A DNA stretch of 64,000 bases from Okamejei kenojei. Taxonomy: Eukaryota. This document shows positions 26,171 through 38,630 of this stretch, in pieces. Position numbers and translations under genes: made by a program. How positions within the stretch are numbered: position 1 is the first letter of the stretch; every line of letters starts with the position of its first letter. The stretch spans positions 24,924,001 to 24,988,000 of the forward strand of contig CM069156.1 in the NCBI GenBank assembly GCA_035221665.1, read 5' to 3'. Under the pieces are notes generated by a model. It saw only the letters and a program-made list of their open reading frames with translations, did not search any database and was not told where the DNA came from.

Positions 26171-28471
26171 GTGGATTTGTTTCAGAGAAAACAACGATTT
26201 GAATTACAGATGAGAACAGACTTTCTATGGTTCCATTTCCTGACAAACCCCACCCCAACCAACCTCGCACCCAAGACTTTGGCCCTCTAATGTTTACACT
26301 AGCCCAGTAAGATTGCAGTTAACTTGACTATGGAATGCCCTGTCTTTGAAACTGTTTGCAGTGACAGCGCTGATGTATGCTTTTGACACTGCTCTCCTTT
26401 TTGATTTAACGGTTTTAATGTTCATTGGGGTGTAAGATTCACATGGGCGCCTTTTGGAGTTGAGAGCTTCTTCCCTAACTAATGTTCCTGCAAGTATTGT
26501 GGCTGTTAATCTGGATGTATGTGTGAGATGTTTTTTTACAAAAAGCAAATGCAACTTCCCTTCAGGTCAAGTGAGCAATGATGGCTCCAGTTCAACACTA
26601 AACCATGCTGAGCGTCTGCTCTCAGCCCTGCTGTGTGTTAACTGGGGAACTACAATTACCTTTGCTGTCCCTGAATTGGGTAACGCTGTGTAAAAAATAG
26701 ATTCATTCAAAGTTTCTGTTTGTCATCCAGCATCCTTGTTAGAATGCTGGAATTGTGGACTTGGCCTGAAGTTGGGATCAAGGTCTTCAATTGTGGTTGA
26801 GCAGCAAGCTGCCCATTGGATACAAAAGAACTTGTTTGCATGAAGAATTAGTGTAGTGGCGCAGATGTCACAGCATAACCATTTCCCAGCAATTGGAAAG
26901 GACAGCAGTCTCTCTTGCATATTCTCGCACAACTTCACAGTTTGTGGGGACAAATACTAAACACTACTGGATAGGGATGTACCATAAGTTCAGCTCCGTA
27001 AAAAGCAAATCATTTAAAATCATTTGTCTGAATCACTTTAACAATCACAGTAAATTATTTTATTTTGCAGTAACCATTAAAGGGACACTACTTTTTTTCA
27101 GAAAATTGATATCAACCAGGTTAGGAATAGCTTTTAGGTCATGTAAACATCTCACTGTTGGCTACTTTTTATTAGCGAATTCAACTGTTTTACAGTTTCA
27201 TCATTTGTCAATCTAAAAACATCAAATGTGACAATCATATTGAACCCCTTTCCCAAGATAACTATTTTGCCAATAAACACCTTAACTAATGCAAGGATTA
27301 TGCAAGAACTAATGGAAAGAAATGCAAGGATAATTTGTCTTGTAACTTGCTGCCACATAAAATAGGAAACACTACAAAAAATTATGTTTAAGGATAGGAG
27401 GGTAGAGGGTTTAAGTAAGTTATGATCTTGTTTGCTAATCGTGCAGCTGGTTTGTGGTGATGGACAAGGGAAATGAATTAATCAAGTTTATTTTTCTGCT
27501 GATGAACACGTGCCTAATGTTTATGTACACTTTGCCATTCCAAACAAAGATTCACGTTTACCTACAGTGTCAATGAAAATGCTCTCTTGTTTATCATGCA
27601 CTACCTAAATCCTGGCACATTCCTTGGACTATTCTTTCCTGGAAACTGCTTAATTGATCCCAGGATACCTAGTCTTCCAGTTGTTCCTTTGACTGAAGTC
27701 CCATTGCTCCTGAGCAAATGCAAATTACACGGCACAAAAATTTAATAATTGTACAGGAAGATGTAAAGAAATAACAAGTACTTGTTCATCTTCTGAACTG
27801 ATCCGAGTGTCTTAATCTTTTATGTTACTTATGACATATAGCACAGTTAAATATAGCAGTTATACTAACATTTTACAAATGGCTTCTCTGAAATTATTTT
27901 CCTTTTTAACCTTATTTCTGCTCTGAGTGTATTGAAATTCTGTAAAAAGAAAAAAAAATGCTGTGTAACAATTGTAACGAAACACAGACATGTATTTATT
28001 GTTTTAAGATTGCTGTGACCACTTTTTCTTTGAGCCGATGGCTGAGTGTTTAAACGGCCTGTGGTATAGAGCGTGAAAATGTTGTGCAGAGCAGGTGGCT
28101 GATTGCACCAGAAACTGCTCCTGAAGAGCTTGTAGTACTGATTCTTGGCAAAATGACCAGTGAGAGGGTTAGGAAAGACAATTCTGTTCAATATTTAACT
28201 AGCATCAAATGTAAACATTTAGTGGCCAAACTACTATGCAATTTAATGCCATTTGAGGCCTGTCACTTCTGGTAGCTTTGCAGAAAGTAGTTATCGTCTC
28301 TGCTTCCCAAACATTGATATTCATTAGAATGAAGTTTTATTCCATGTTGGAATTTGTGACATTTTGCTTTCCTCACTGGCCATTAATGCTCTGAGGTTGA
28401 ATTTATACTTGGAACTATTTGCTTATGTGTTGCTTATTATGAGAGAAATTGGTAAATGGAAATTAAACATA

Positions 28472-29622
28472 CAGTGCGCTCCATAATGTTCGGGACAAAG
28501 ACCCATCATTTATTTATTTGCCTCTGTACTCCACAATTTGAGATTTGTAATTAAAAAAAAAATCACATGTGGTTTAAGTGCACATTGTTAGATTTTATTA
28601 TAGGGTATTTTTTATACATTTTGGTTTCACCATGTTGAAATTACAGCTGTTTAAACACAACCCCCCCCCCCATTTCAGGGCACCATAATGTTTGGGACAC
28701 ATGGCTTCACGGCCGTTTGTAATTGTTCAGGTGTAGCCTCTCTTATTGCCTCCTTAATGCAGGTATAAGAGAGCTCTCAGCACCTAGTCTTTCCTCCAGT
28801 CTTTCCATCCCCTTTGGAAACTTTTATTTCTGTTAATCAACATGAGGACCAAAGTTGTGCCAATGATAGTCAAAGAAGCAATTATGAGACCGAGAAACAC
28901 AAATAAAACTGTTAAGAGACATCAGCCAAACCTTAAGCTTACCAAAATCAACTGTTTAGAACATAATTTAAAAATAAAGAGCACTGGTGAGCTTACTAAT
29001 TGCAAAGGGACTGGCAGGCCAAGGAAGACCTCCACAGCTAATGACAGAAGAATTCCCTCCATAATAAAGAAAAATCCCCAAACACCTGTCAGACAGATCA
29101 GAAACACTCTTCAGGAGTCGGGTGCGGATTTGTCAATGACCAATGCCCGCAGAAGACTTCATGGAGAGAAATAGAGGCTGCACTGCAAGATGCAAACCAC
29201 AGGTTAGCTGCAAAAATAGGATGGCCAGGTTGCAGTTTGCTAAGAAGTACTTAAAAGAGCAACCACAGTTCTGGAAAAAGGTCTTGTGAACAGAATGTGA
29301 GACGAATATTAACTTGTATCAGAGTTGATGGCAAGAGTAAAGTATGGAGGAGAGAAGGAACTGCCCAGTGTGTACTACTTTCATTTACATGACATTGCTG
29401 TCATGTATGGTGCCCTGAAATGGGGGGACTATGTATAAACACCTCTGTAATTTCTACATGGTGAAATCAAAATGTATAAAAATGGCCTTTATTAAAATCT
29501 GACAATGTGCACTTTAACCACATGTGATTTTTAAAAAAAATAATAATTTCTATTATGAATCTCAAATTGTGGAGTACAGAGGCAAATAATGGTCTTTGTC
29601 CCAAACAATAAGGAGGGCACTG
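28472..29622 (+). mobile_element. Tc1-family DNA transposon, IR/DR type, internally deleted
   Basis: TA|CAGTG...CACTG|TA ends; ~220-bp TIRs with outer (cagtgcgctccataatgttcgggaca) and inner (cagggcaccataatgtttgggaca, ~28676) direct repeats. Transposase remnant from ATG 28842 with GRPRKTS and second HTH, frameshifted, truncated soon after the first catalytic-D region. Confidence 0.92.
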
Positions 29623-32600
29623 TAGATCTATGCCTGTATCTCACATCTGTCATTAGTATTCAGACATCTCATTAGGACACAACGTTTCTTTTCAAATATG
29701 TCTACGATGCATGATGTGAGTTTTTAAATATTTCCCTACCAAAATTAAGGAAGTATAAGGATAGCTCAGGTTTCACTCTGGAGAACAGTTATAATCATGG
29801 TATGACAAGTGTTTGAAGAATTTTTAATTTGTGTGCAAACACACTGTGCCTTGACGCAAACATTATGTTCGGTAGGGAGGTATGAATAGTTGAGATTTGT
29901 TTATCTTCAGATATTGCTTTCTTTATCCTTGGTAGAAAGGGGAACAGAATGAGAATGTGAATGTCATTGACAGACCAATGGTTCTCAGTATATGCATTGA
30001 ATTCCAGTGTTTAAATTAAGTTAATTTACAATACAAAGATCAGCAAAAGCAGAATACACAATGTTCAAAAGAAATGGGATATAAATTATGTAACTGATAC
30101 AACCAGCTGCAGGGGCAATGGGAGAAATGGGTATAGTGAATACAAGTTCTATATTATATTGACTTGTATTGTCAATCTAATATAGAGCTTGTACAGTTAA
30201 GGTGCTTATTGGTTTGTTGTCTCTATTTTCCTCAACAGTACCTTGTAAAAGACTGAAAGAGATGAGCCTAAGCTGGAAAAGTTCACAAGGAAGTATTAAT
30301 GGTGTGGGCTTTGTTTCCTGTTGGTCACTCTGCTCTTAATTGTAGAAATGCACAGCATGGAGTTTGTTATACATCTATGCTTCTATCAGTATTTTTATCT
30401 TAATCATCATTGGCTTCAGTGACAGTCTATCAATCATGGTTGAGTGTATACATTGTACCCAAAATGGGGGGAAACTGTTACTGATAGACATACTATGAAA
30501 AGTATGAAGTTTGGCTTTTTTTTTTTAAAAACCCAAAAAACAACATTATCTATATTGAAATTTTTATGATTATGGGGACTTAATGTTTGGCCTCCTTTTT
30601 ATACATGGCTCCTTTGGTGGTTCACTGCTACTTGTGATTGTCAAATTCTTTCAACTTTTGAAAGCTTTCTTTAGATCAGGAAAGTGGAATGGAACAAGTT
30701 CTCTATAGCTAAACCTGTTGAATTATCTCTTTGTGCCATTGGAAGATTTGTAATAATCCATTCTTAAAAGAATAGTAACTTTCCCCTTTCTGGGTTTCCC
30801 TGTCAGTCTATGGGCAAAACTATTATCAGGTGTGGCTATGGTTTATTTGTCCTTATTGGAGCCTCCAGGGTGATGCTCTTCTTTCCATTTACCATCCAGT
30901 CAAATAGGAAAGAAACATGTTTCCTTGTGCAACAAGTGGGTGCTGTTGGAGGTCCGAAAAAGACACAGCTATAATTTTGTCGATTGTGCAAGTTTGTAGA
31001 TGGACTATTTAATTCTTCCACTCACAAGCACGTCAGCACACTAATAGAATTTTCCAAATACCTGAGTAGTAATCTCTTGTAAAATGTATTTGGCACTTAA
31101 GAAAAATTGGTGTTCTTGTTCACATTCTGGGTACCTGTGCAGTGATTTATCAATTAAGTATTTTAAATGTGATTTATTTCACACACGGCTCATACCAAGT
31201 CCTTTATTATTATTTTGTAGCTGTGTGGATTTTCCCCATGGACTGCCTGCAGTTGCAATACAGTAGCTCAGTCAAAATGTAAATTCCATCCATAATCTCT
31301 TTGGTAGGGTCACTCTAATTTTTAGCCACTGGAATGTACCTAGCATATCTACAGGTGATTAAACTGCCAATTCTCACGTAAAGAGCCTGTGGAATTGATT
31401 CTCCCGCAATGCTTTCACGGGCATGCTAGGTGAACAATGATTGAGGCAATAGTGACCTTGAACGATGAAGGGTGGAGGAAACCTGGGCACAATTCCATAT
31501 TGCAAGTCACAACAGTCAGTAGATCAGTGATGATGTGCAACCTGTGGAGCCAAAACTGTACTACTTGAATCTCTCTGCCGGCATCTCCAATCTGCAGATT
31601 GAATTTATTATTTCTTAGCAGACAAAAGTAGGAGAGCCAAAGAACAAATCCGCTTTGAGTTGCCTGGGTTAGAAATTGGTGGAAGTTTGCACAGTGAGTT
31701 TTACTCTTATGGTAGAATTTTTAGTGTTAATGGTTTTCTGGTGTTACTGAAACCCATGACTGAAATATTGCTATTATTGCTTTTTAATTTTACTTTTTCC
31801 CACCCACTGAAGTCTTGTGACCAGTAGCTTCAAACTTAATCCCCTTTTACAGTTCCTGTCGTCTAAGATGATCAAACTGATTTAAACATAGAAGTGAACT
31901 GATTAAGTGGAATGTCTATGCTCTCATATTTTGTTGTATTTATCATTAAATTCACTGCATCTCAAGCAAAATTATGAGTGCTACAGATCTTTTTACCTAC
32001 AGTATTTCATGTATGGCAAAAGTTTTATGTTAACCTGTTTTGGGGTGAGGTATAGGGAGGACATGATTTCCTTTCCCAGCCTACCCTTGTATATTTGATG
32101 AGTGAATGTTAGTGGACTTGATTTTTAAGCCTGTCATTTGTGTAAGATAATATCCCCCCCCAAAAAATTACATGCAGTTTTTGCAGAGTTGGATGTTATC
32201 AAAGCATTCTGAATCTAAAACATTCTGAACCTCAAACAAAAAAACCCAATTTGGTCTAGATAGCATGTATCTAGGATGTACTTTCCATTTGAATACTTTT
32301 CTTCCCTAATCCCTCTTTTTAAAATTCACAAATATTTCCATTATAAGTTCTGCAGTTGCTGTCCAAGTCGTGTTTCTCTGCACTTCCTACACCTAATGCG
32401 TTACTTCACACTTGTCTACACTAAACTGACTTCCATGAATAAATCTATACATTATTGGTTAATTCTGGTTTTGATTTTTTTTGTTTGTGTGATCATGAAA
32501 TAATCAAATTACAAATTGTGGGTAAGAGCATGTGCTTCTTGTATCTACTGCGCCCATCACTGCAAATATTGAAGTGGCGAAGATAGTGAGCTTACAAACC

Positions 32601-34540
32601 ACATGCACAGATGAATCTTTTTGGTAACTTCCTTTCAGCCACTGATTTACTCTGCTAATAAAAAGTAAATGCTGTTTATTTTCAAAGACACTTTTAAAAA
32701 ATATTTTATTTTCTGATGGTTTAATAGAATTGAAATCAAATGTTCAGTGTTATTAATTGTTGAGGATGGTTTGGAATGAGAGCATTCCAACTGATTGAGA
32801 GAATGGACAGATGCAAAAATCTTGCTATTGCCTTTGGTTCATCATGACATTATGGTGCTGCCTTGGTCTATTGTGTTTCCAGTATATTAATATATTTCCC
32901 ACTGGTATCTATGGAAGTGGCCATTCTCCAGAGAGAGTGTAGGGGAGTGTGATTCGTCAATCTTTTGACACCTGATACTTCCTGTGATGATCAGTGACAG
33001 TGACTTGCACCACAAAATACATTGGCCCTCCAGTAGTTACTTGAAAGTACTTGACACATTCTGTGGAGAAGTAGCAGCATTGGCATTGACCCAGCTAATT
33101 CAAGCATTCTTTGTCTTTGATCTGTTGGATTAATGTTCCCTTTGGGGACTATTTCCTTTACCGGGAGACGGGTGAGTCGGCCTGTCCCCACTCCGCCCAT
33201 CCTGCCAACTAAGATGCCAATTCTGCATTTCCCTGGAGCTCAGTGGGTGAGAGCATTTCCTGTGGAGGGATTGAGCAACATATAGTGCAAAGCATGCAAT
33301 TTGCAGTCTAACTGACCTTGAGATGCAGAAACAAAGTGTGAAATTGGGTGCATTTTGCAACTGATACACATCAGGGACCAGTGAAGAAGCATGCTAAATG
33401 AGCGCAAAATTCATTCCATCCCTTTCACTTGTCAGGCACCCAGCAGCAGTGACCTTTGCCAGTTTTTAATGATATATAAATGCAACAATTCAGTTTGATA
33501 CCTTGACTGTGCCATAAGGTAGGAGGTTCAGTTTGAAACCTGTCTCCCAACCCAAGAGTGTAACAGGTTGTTAATTGCTTTGTGTATTACTTGGGCATTT
33601 GAACTAGGATTCCTATCTCCTTCCCGATCCCTGCATTAACTGATTTCAGCACATCTTAGTGAGACGGGGATAGTGTCACATTCATGTTTAGCATCCCCGG
33701 TTTGGGCAAATGAACAGGAAGGTGACCTTGACATTAGCTGGAGTTGGAATTTGGGTTTAAATGTAAATCTATGCTGGCCTGCCCAGGAACCTGTGTTATA
33801 ATGACAGGCTGGCATTTTGGGTAAACTGCAGAAAGCTGCTGGTGTAAGTGCAATTGAACAGCCAGAGCTATTATGGGAAGAAACTCAGGGTGGCTTAGAC
33901 AGTGTAATTTGTTTACAGACTTCTCTGGTGGGTAAGACTAACTTAATGCAGCCAGTGAATTAGAATGGGTTGGGCGCCACTGTAACCACACTGCTGCTAA
34001 TTGATCATTTTTTGGGGGTTAATTTGAGAACAGTCCAAGCATTAAATGTCAATGTTTCTTTTCCATGCAGACCCCATATTGGGGATACTGTGAGGACCAA
34101 GCCTACATCATTCCAAGCATGACCGACAGTGATTATGGGACATATAAACACTTTATTTCAAATAACACATTTCCATCTTTCAATTAATGTTTATTTCCAC
34201 TGGCAGATCAATATCGAGGGGTGGTGATTATTTGCTACGGGGAGAGTTTGAGTTATGGTTGCTTTACTTTGTTTTTGTACAAAAGCTATACATACTGACT
34301 TTAACACTGTTTTCCCTCAGTAAATGTCAATCGATGTTTTAAGATGCTCTTATTTTTGTAATTGTACCATACCTTGTCGAGCTGTTGGGATGGGGACTTA
34401 TGGGTTAATACTGTGGAAATCTTATTGTATTGTTAATATGAAGAGATGTACCATCTACAACACTATATTCTCCATGACAATTAAAATATGCCTTTATTTT
34501 CTGTAGCATGTACTGTAATGTATGTTTATTATACCTAGCA

Positions 34541-34546
34541 AATAAA
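34541..34546 (+). terminator. Candidate distal polyadenylation signal of CRK
   Basis: AATAAA preceded by a dense cluster of TGTA and U-rich elements (34270-34530), at the edge of a repeat-poor block; LINE repeats start again at ~34665. Confidence 0.45.
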
Positions 34547-34664
34547 TCACTTTGGAAATGACTGATGTCTCCGTCTATCCGGGTCAACATTTGTTTACAA
34601 ATCTGCATTGCGTTCACGTACTTAATATCTAAATTGAGTCCGTCCATCTCTGGTCACCTTTCAT

Positions 34665-35614
34665 TATGTGAAATCGGTGCTGGGGCTGCAACTCTTCACG
34701 TTGTATATTAATGATTTGGATGAGGGGATTGAAGGCTTTGTGGCCAAGTTTGCAGATAGGGGGAAGGGCAGGTAGTGCAGAGAAAGCAGGGACTCTACAG
34801 AAGGACTTGGACAGGTTGGGAGAGTGGGCAGAGAAGTGGCAGATGGAATATAGTGTAGCAAAATGTGGTCATGCATTTTGGTAGAGGGAATAAAGGGGTA
34901 GACTATTTTCTAAATGGGGAGATAATCCAGAAATCTCCCCTTGACTCCACTAGCCCCTAGAGCTCTAACTCTCTTTTAAATCCATCCAGTGATTTGGCCA
35001 CCACTGCCCTCTGTGGCAGGGAATTCCATAAATTCACAACTCTCTGGGTGAAAAAGTTTTTACTCGCCTCAGTCTTAAATGGCCTCCCCTTTATTCTAAG
35101 ACCGTGGCACTTGGTTCTGGACTCGCCCAACATTGGGAACATTTTTCCTGCATATAGCTTGTCTAGTCCTTTTATAATTTTATGTTTCTATAAGATCCCC
35201 CCCCCCCCCCCCCTCATCCTTCTAAACTCCAGTGAATACAAGCCTAGTCTTTTCAATCTGTCCTCATATGACCATTCCGCCATCCCAGGGATCAATCTTG
35301 TGAACCTATGCTGCACTACCTCCATTACAAGGATGTCCTTCCTCAAATTAGGAGACCAGAACTGTACACAATACTCCAGATGTGGTCTCACCAGAGCCCT
35401 ACACAACTGCAAAAGAACCTGAAATCCTCTTCTTATGAAGGCCAGCATTCCATTAGCTTTCTTCACTGCCTGCTGTACCTGTAAGCCAACTTTCAGTGAC
35501 CGGTGTACAAGGACGCCCAGGTCTTGCTGCACCTCCTCCTTACCTAACTTAACCTAACCCCATTGAGATAATAATCTGCCCCCTTGTTTTTGCCGCCAAA
35601 GTGGAAAACCTCAC
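34665..35614. mobile_element. Two convergent CR1-type LINE fragments (+ 34665-34933; - 34935-35614)
   Basis: Plus: gtggccaagtttgcagat (VAKFAD). Minus: QQDLGVLVHRSLKV...ALVRPHLEYCVQFWSP...RLGLYSLEFRRMRG. Confidence 0.85.
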
Positions 35615-36213
35615 GAGTTTGGATCCAGTTTGCCAATATAGTGTGGATCCTCTGTGCCCTAACCTCGGCCTACCCTACTAGCCATTGGCAAATGTCATGC
35701 TAGAGTCTATGTAAACAATTCACTGGGCTTCTATCAGCAATTTTCTTTACCACCTAAAAAAAATTAGTTTGAGGCAGGATTTACCCTGCACAAAATCACG
35801 TTGACTCCCCTTTTCCCTGCTTTACCACGTGAAATTAAATGTCCCGTAAATTATTTTTCCAATAATTTCTGTACTCTCCCTGTAAGGCTCAGCAGCCTGT
35901 AGTTTCATGGCTTAGTCCTACTGCCCTATGAATAAATGTTTTCGGAGTTGTTGCTGATCACTCACCTAATATCCCGTTCTTTTAATTACCTTGTGGGATC
36001 TTGCTAAGTTCAAAATGGGTGAGACTGCATCTATTTCGCTGGAAAGCACTTTGGTTTGCTTTCAAGTGTGAAAGAGGCCATTTAAATGGAAACTTGTTTG
36101 AACGATTATCCGGAACATAATACCACAAGTCTGGAAGAGTGCAGTGTCCACAACACAATGCATGATACAAACGCTGACTCACTGTTCACCATGTTAACCA
36201 TTCACTCTCTCCT

Positions 36214-37635
36214 CAAGTCAAGTCAAGAGAATTTATTGCCATGTGTCCTGGACAGGACAATGAAATTCCTGCTTCAGCACAACTTGTTGTAGGGATAAAT
36301 ACAGAACAGATCANNNNNNNNNNNNNNNNNNNNNNNNNNNNNNNNNNNNNNNNNNNNNNNNNNNNNNNNNNNNNNNNNNNNNNNNNNNNNNNNNNNNNNN
36401 NNNNNNNNNNNNNNNNNNNNNNNNNNNNNNNNNNNNNNNNNNNNNNNNNNNNNNNNNNNNNNNNNNNNNNNNNNNNNNNNNNNNNNNNNNNNNNNNNNNN
36501 NNNNNNNNNNNNNNNNNNNNNNNNNNNNNNNNNNNNNNNNNNNNNNNNNNNNNNNNNNNNNNNNNNNNNNNNNNNNNNNNNNNNNNNNNNNNAATTGGCT
36601 GTTATAGTTAGTTCAGAGTTTGTTTGATGTTCTGTGGGGATGAAGCTGTTCCTGAACCTGGATGTTGCTGATTTCAGGCTCCTGTACCTTCTAAATGGCT
36701 GTGGAGAGATGAGTGTGTGGCCAGGATGGTGTGGGTCCTAGATGTTCGCGGCCCTTTTGAGGCAGAGACTGCGATAGATCCCCTCAATGCTAGGGACCTC
36801 AGAGCCGATGATGGACTGGGCAGTGTTTACCATTTTCTGTAGTCTTTTCTGCTCCTGGACGCTCAAGTTGCTGAACCAAGCCACGATGCAACTGTAGAAG
36901 TTTGAGAGAGTCCTCCTTGACATACCGACTCTCCGTAATCTTCTCAGGAAGCTGATGTGCTTTCTTTATAATCGCATCAGTGTTCTGGGACCAGGGGAGA
37001 TCTTTGGAAATATGTACTCCAAGGAATTTGAAGTTCTTGACCCTTTCCACCTTCGACCCCGTTGAGACAAACTGAACTGTGGGTCCCCATCCTACACCTT
37101 CCAAAGTCCACAATCGGTTCCTTGGTTTTGCTGGTGTTGAGAGCCAGGTTATTGTGCTGGCACCATTTGGTCAATCGCTCGATCTCACATCTGTATTCTG
37201 ACTCGTCCCCATCAGTGATAAGTCCCACAACAGTGGTGTCGTCGGCGAACTTGATGATGGAGTTCGCACTATGTCGGGCTCTGCAGTTATGAGTATAGAG
37301 TGAGTACAGCAGGGGGCTGAGCATGCAGCCTTGAGGTATTCCCGTGCTGATTGTTATCGAGGATGACACATTTCCACCAATACGGTCAGACTGTGGTCTA
37401 TGAATGAGGAAGTCGAGGATCCAATTGCAGAGGGATGCGCAGAGACCTAGATCTGAGAGCTTGGTAACCAGCTTGGAGGAGATGATGGTATTAAAGGCTG
37501 AGCTGTAGTCAATGAATAACAGTCGTACATATGAGTTTTTGTTGTCCAAATGGTCCAGAGCGGAGTGGGGAACCAGTGAGATCGCATCCACCGTTGATCT
37601 GTTGTGGCGGTAAGTGAACTGCAGTGGGTCCATTG
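36214..37635 (-). mobile_element. Rex1/Babar-clade LINE, 5'-truncated, spanning an assembly gap
   Basis: [17 protein letters not shown]...[16 protein letters not shown]...[18 protein letters not shown]...[12 protein letters not shown]...LNTSKTKE; (CTTGA)n-type tail near 36214. Confidence 0.88.
36314..36592. other. Assembly gap (N run)
   Basis: 279 consecutive N. Confidence 1.
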
Positions 37636-38429
37636 ATGCACCAGTTACCAATAGACTGTAGTTACTCATCAAGGCTCCTTCAACAACACTTTCCCACAAC
37701 AGTGACCTCTAAAACCTGTAGAGCTATTTATTGAGGCAACATAATCTTCAAATTCCTCTCCAGGCATGGAAATAATCAGTGATGGAAATGGGTTTAGGAA
37801 CTAGGGGTACGCTGAGGTCTGTGAGGCTGAGGTTGGGAAGGTGGGGGCGTAGACGCTATAAGCCCCCCGTGAGAATTTTTTTAATAATATGATAAATTTC
37901 AGGGCCATTTTGAGCCTCTATGCACTGGGTATGATGATTACATACACATTGTATCAGTAACTCAGTAAAATAAAGATAGGTATCTCAGTAAGGGAAGCTG
38001 GTCGGTGATTGGTCGCAACGCACCTCCGAGACTGTCTGATTGGCTGCCGAGTGACCAGCGCATTGTGTGATTGGACACAATGCCCTTGGAGACAACGGCT
38101 GATTGGATGGGAGGAGACTGATTTGTTGATTGGACGGGAATTTTAAGGGAAGCTGGTCGGTGATTGGACGCAACCCCGATTATTGGCCGCCAAATAATCG
38201 GGCACAAAAAATTGACAAATAGGAAAACAAAAAAATAGGAATTCCGATTTAAATCTGATATATGGTTCATAGGGTGGGTATCGATTAATTCTAGACAACA
38301 GATTTAAAAAAAAAAATCTAACCTCATTAAGTCACTCGGGGTGTATTCTACAGTATGAAGTGTACAGCAAAACTTGCACTTCCAGAGTGGTCTATTGTGT
38401 TGTTTCTTCAGCGGACCATGGATTTATTT

Positions 38430-38630
38430 TAAGAGCAAAACATAAAGTGCTGGAGAACTCAGCAGGTCAGGCTGGATTTGTGGTGGGTCCGAAGAAGGGT
38501 CTCAGCCCAAAACGTCACCTATTCCATCTCTCCAGAGATGCTGCCTGACCCGCTGAGTTACTCCAGCATTTTGTGTCTATCTATGGAGGGAATGGCTAGG
38601 CGACGTTTAGGGTCGGGTCCCTTCTTCACG
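38430..38630. repeat. PLE pseudo-LTR-derived inverted repeat cluster with two hammerhead-like motifs
   Basis: tgggtccgaagaagggtctcagcccaaaacgtcaccta (38484-38521, +) and taggcgacgtttagggtcgggtcccttcttca (~38597-38628, -). Confidence 0.7.

Noticed and set aside
34665-35614. Single CR1 with a twin-priming 5' inversion
   Set aside because: The two halves overlap in LINE coordinates but differ in sequence like separate subfamilies, so they are better explained as two insertions.
36241-36627. 128-aa ORF
   Set aside because: Artefact of translating through the N gap.
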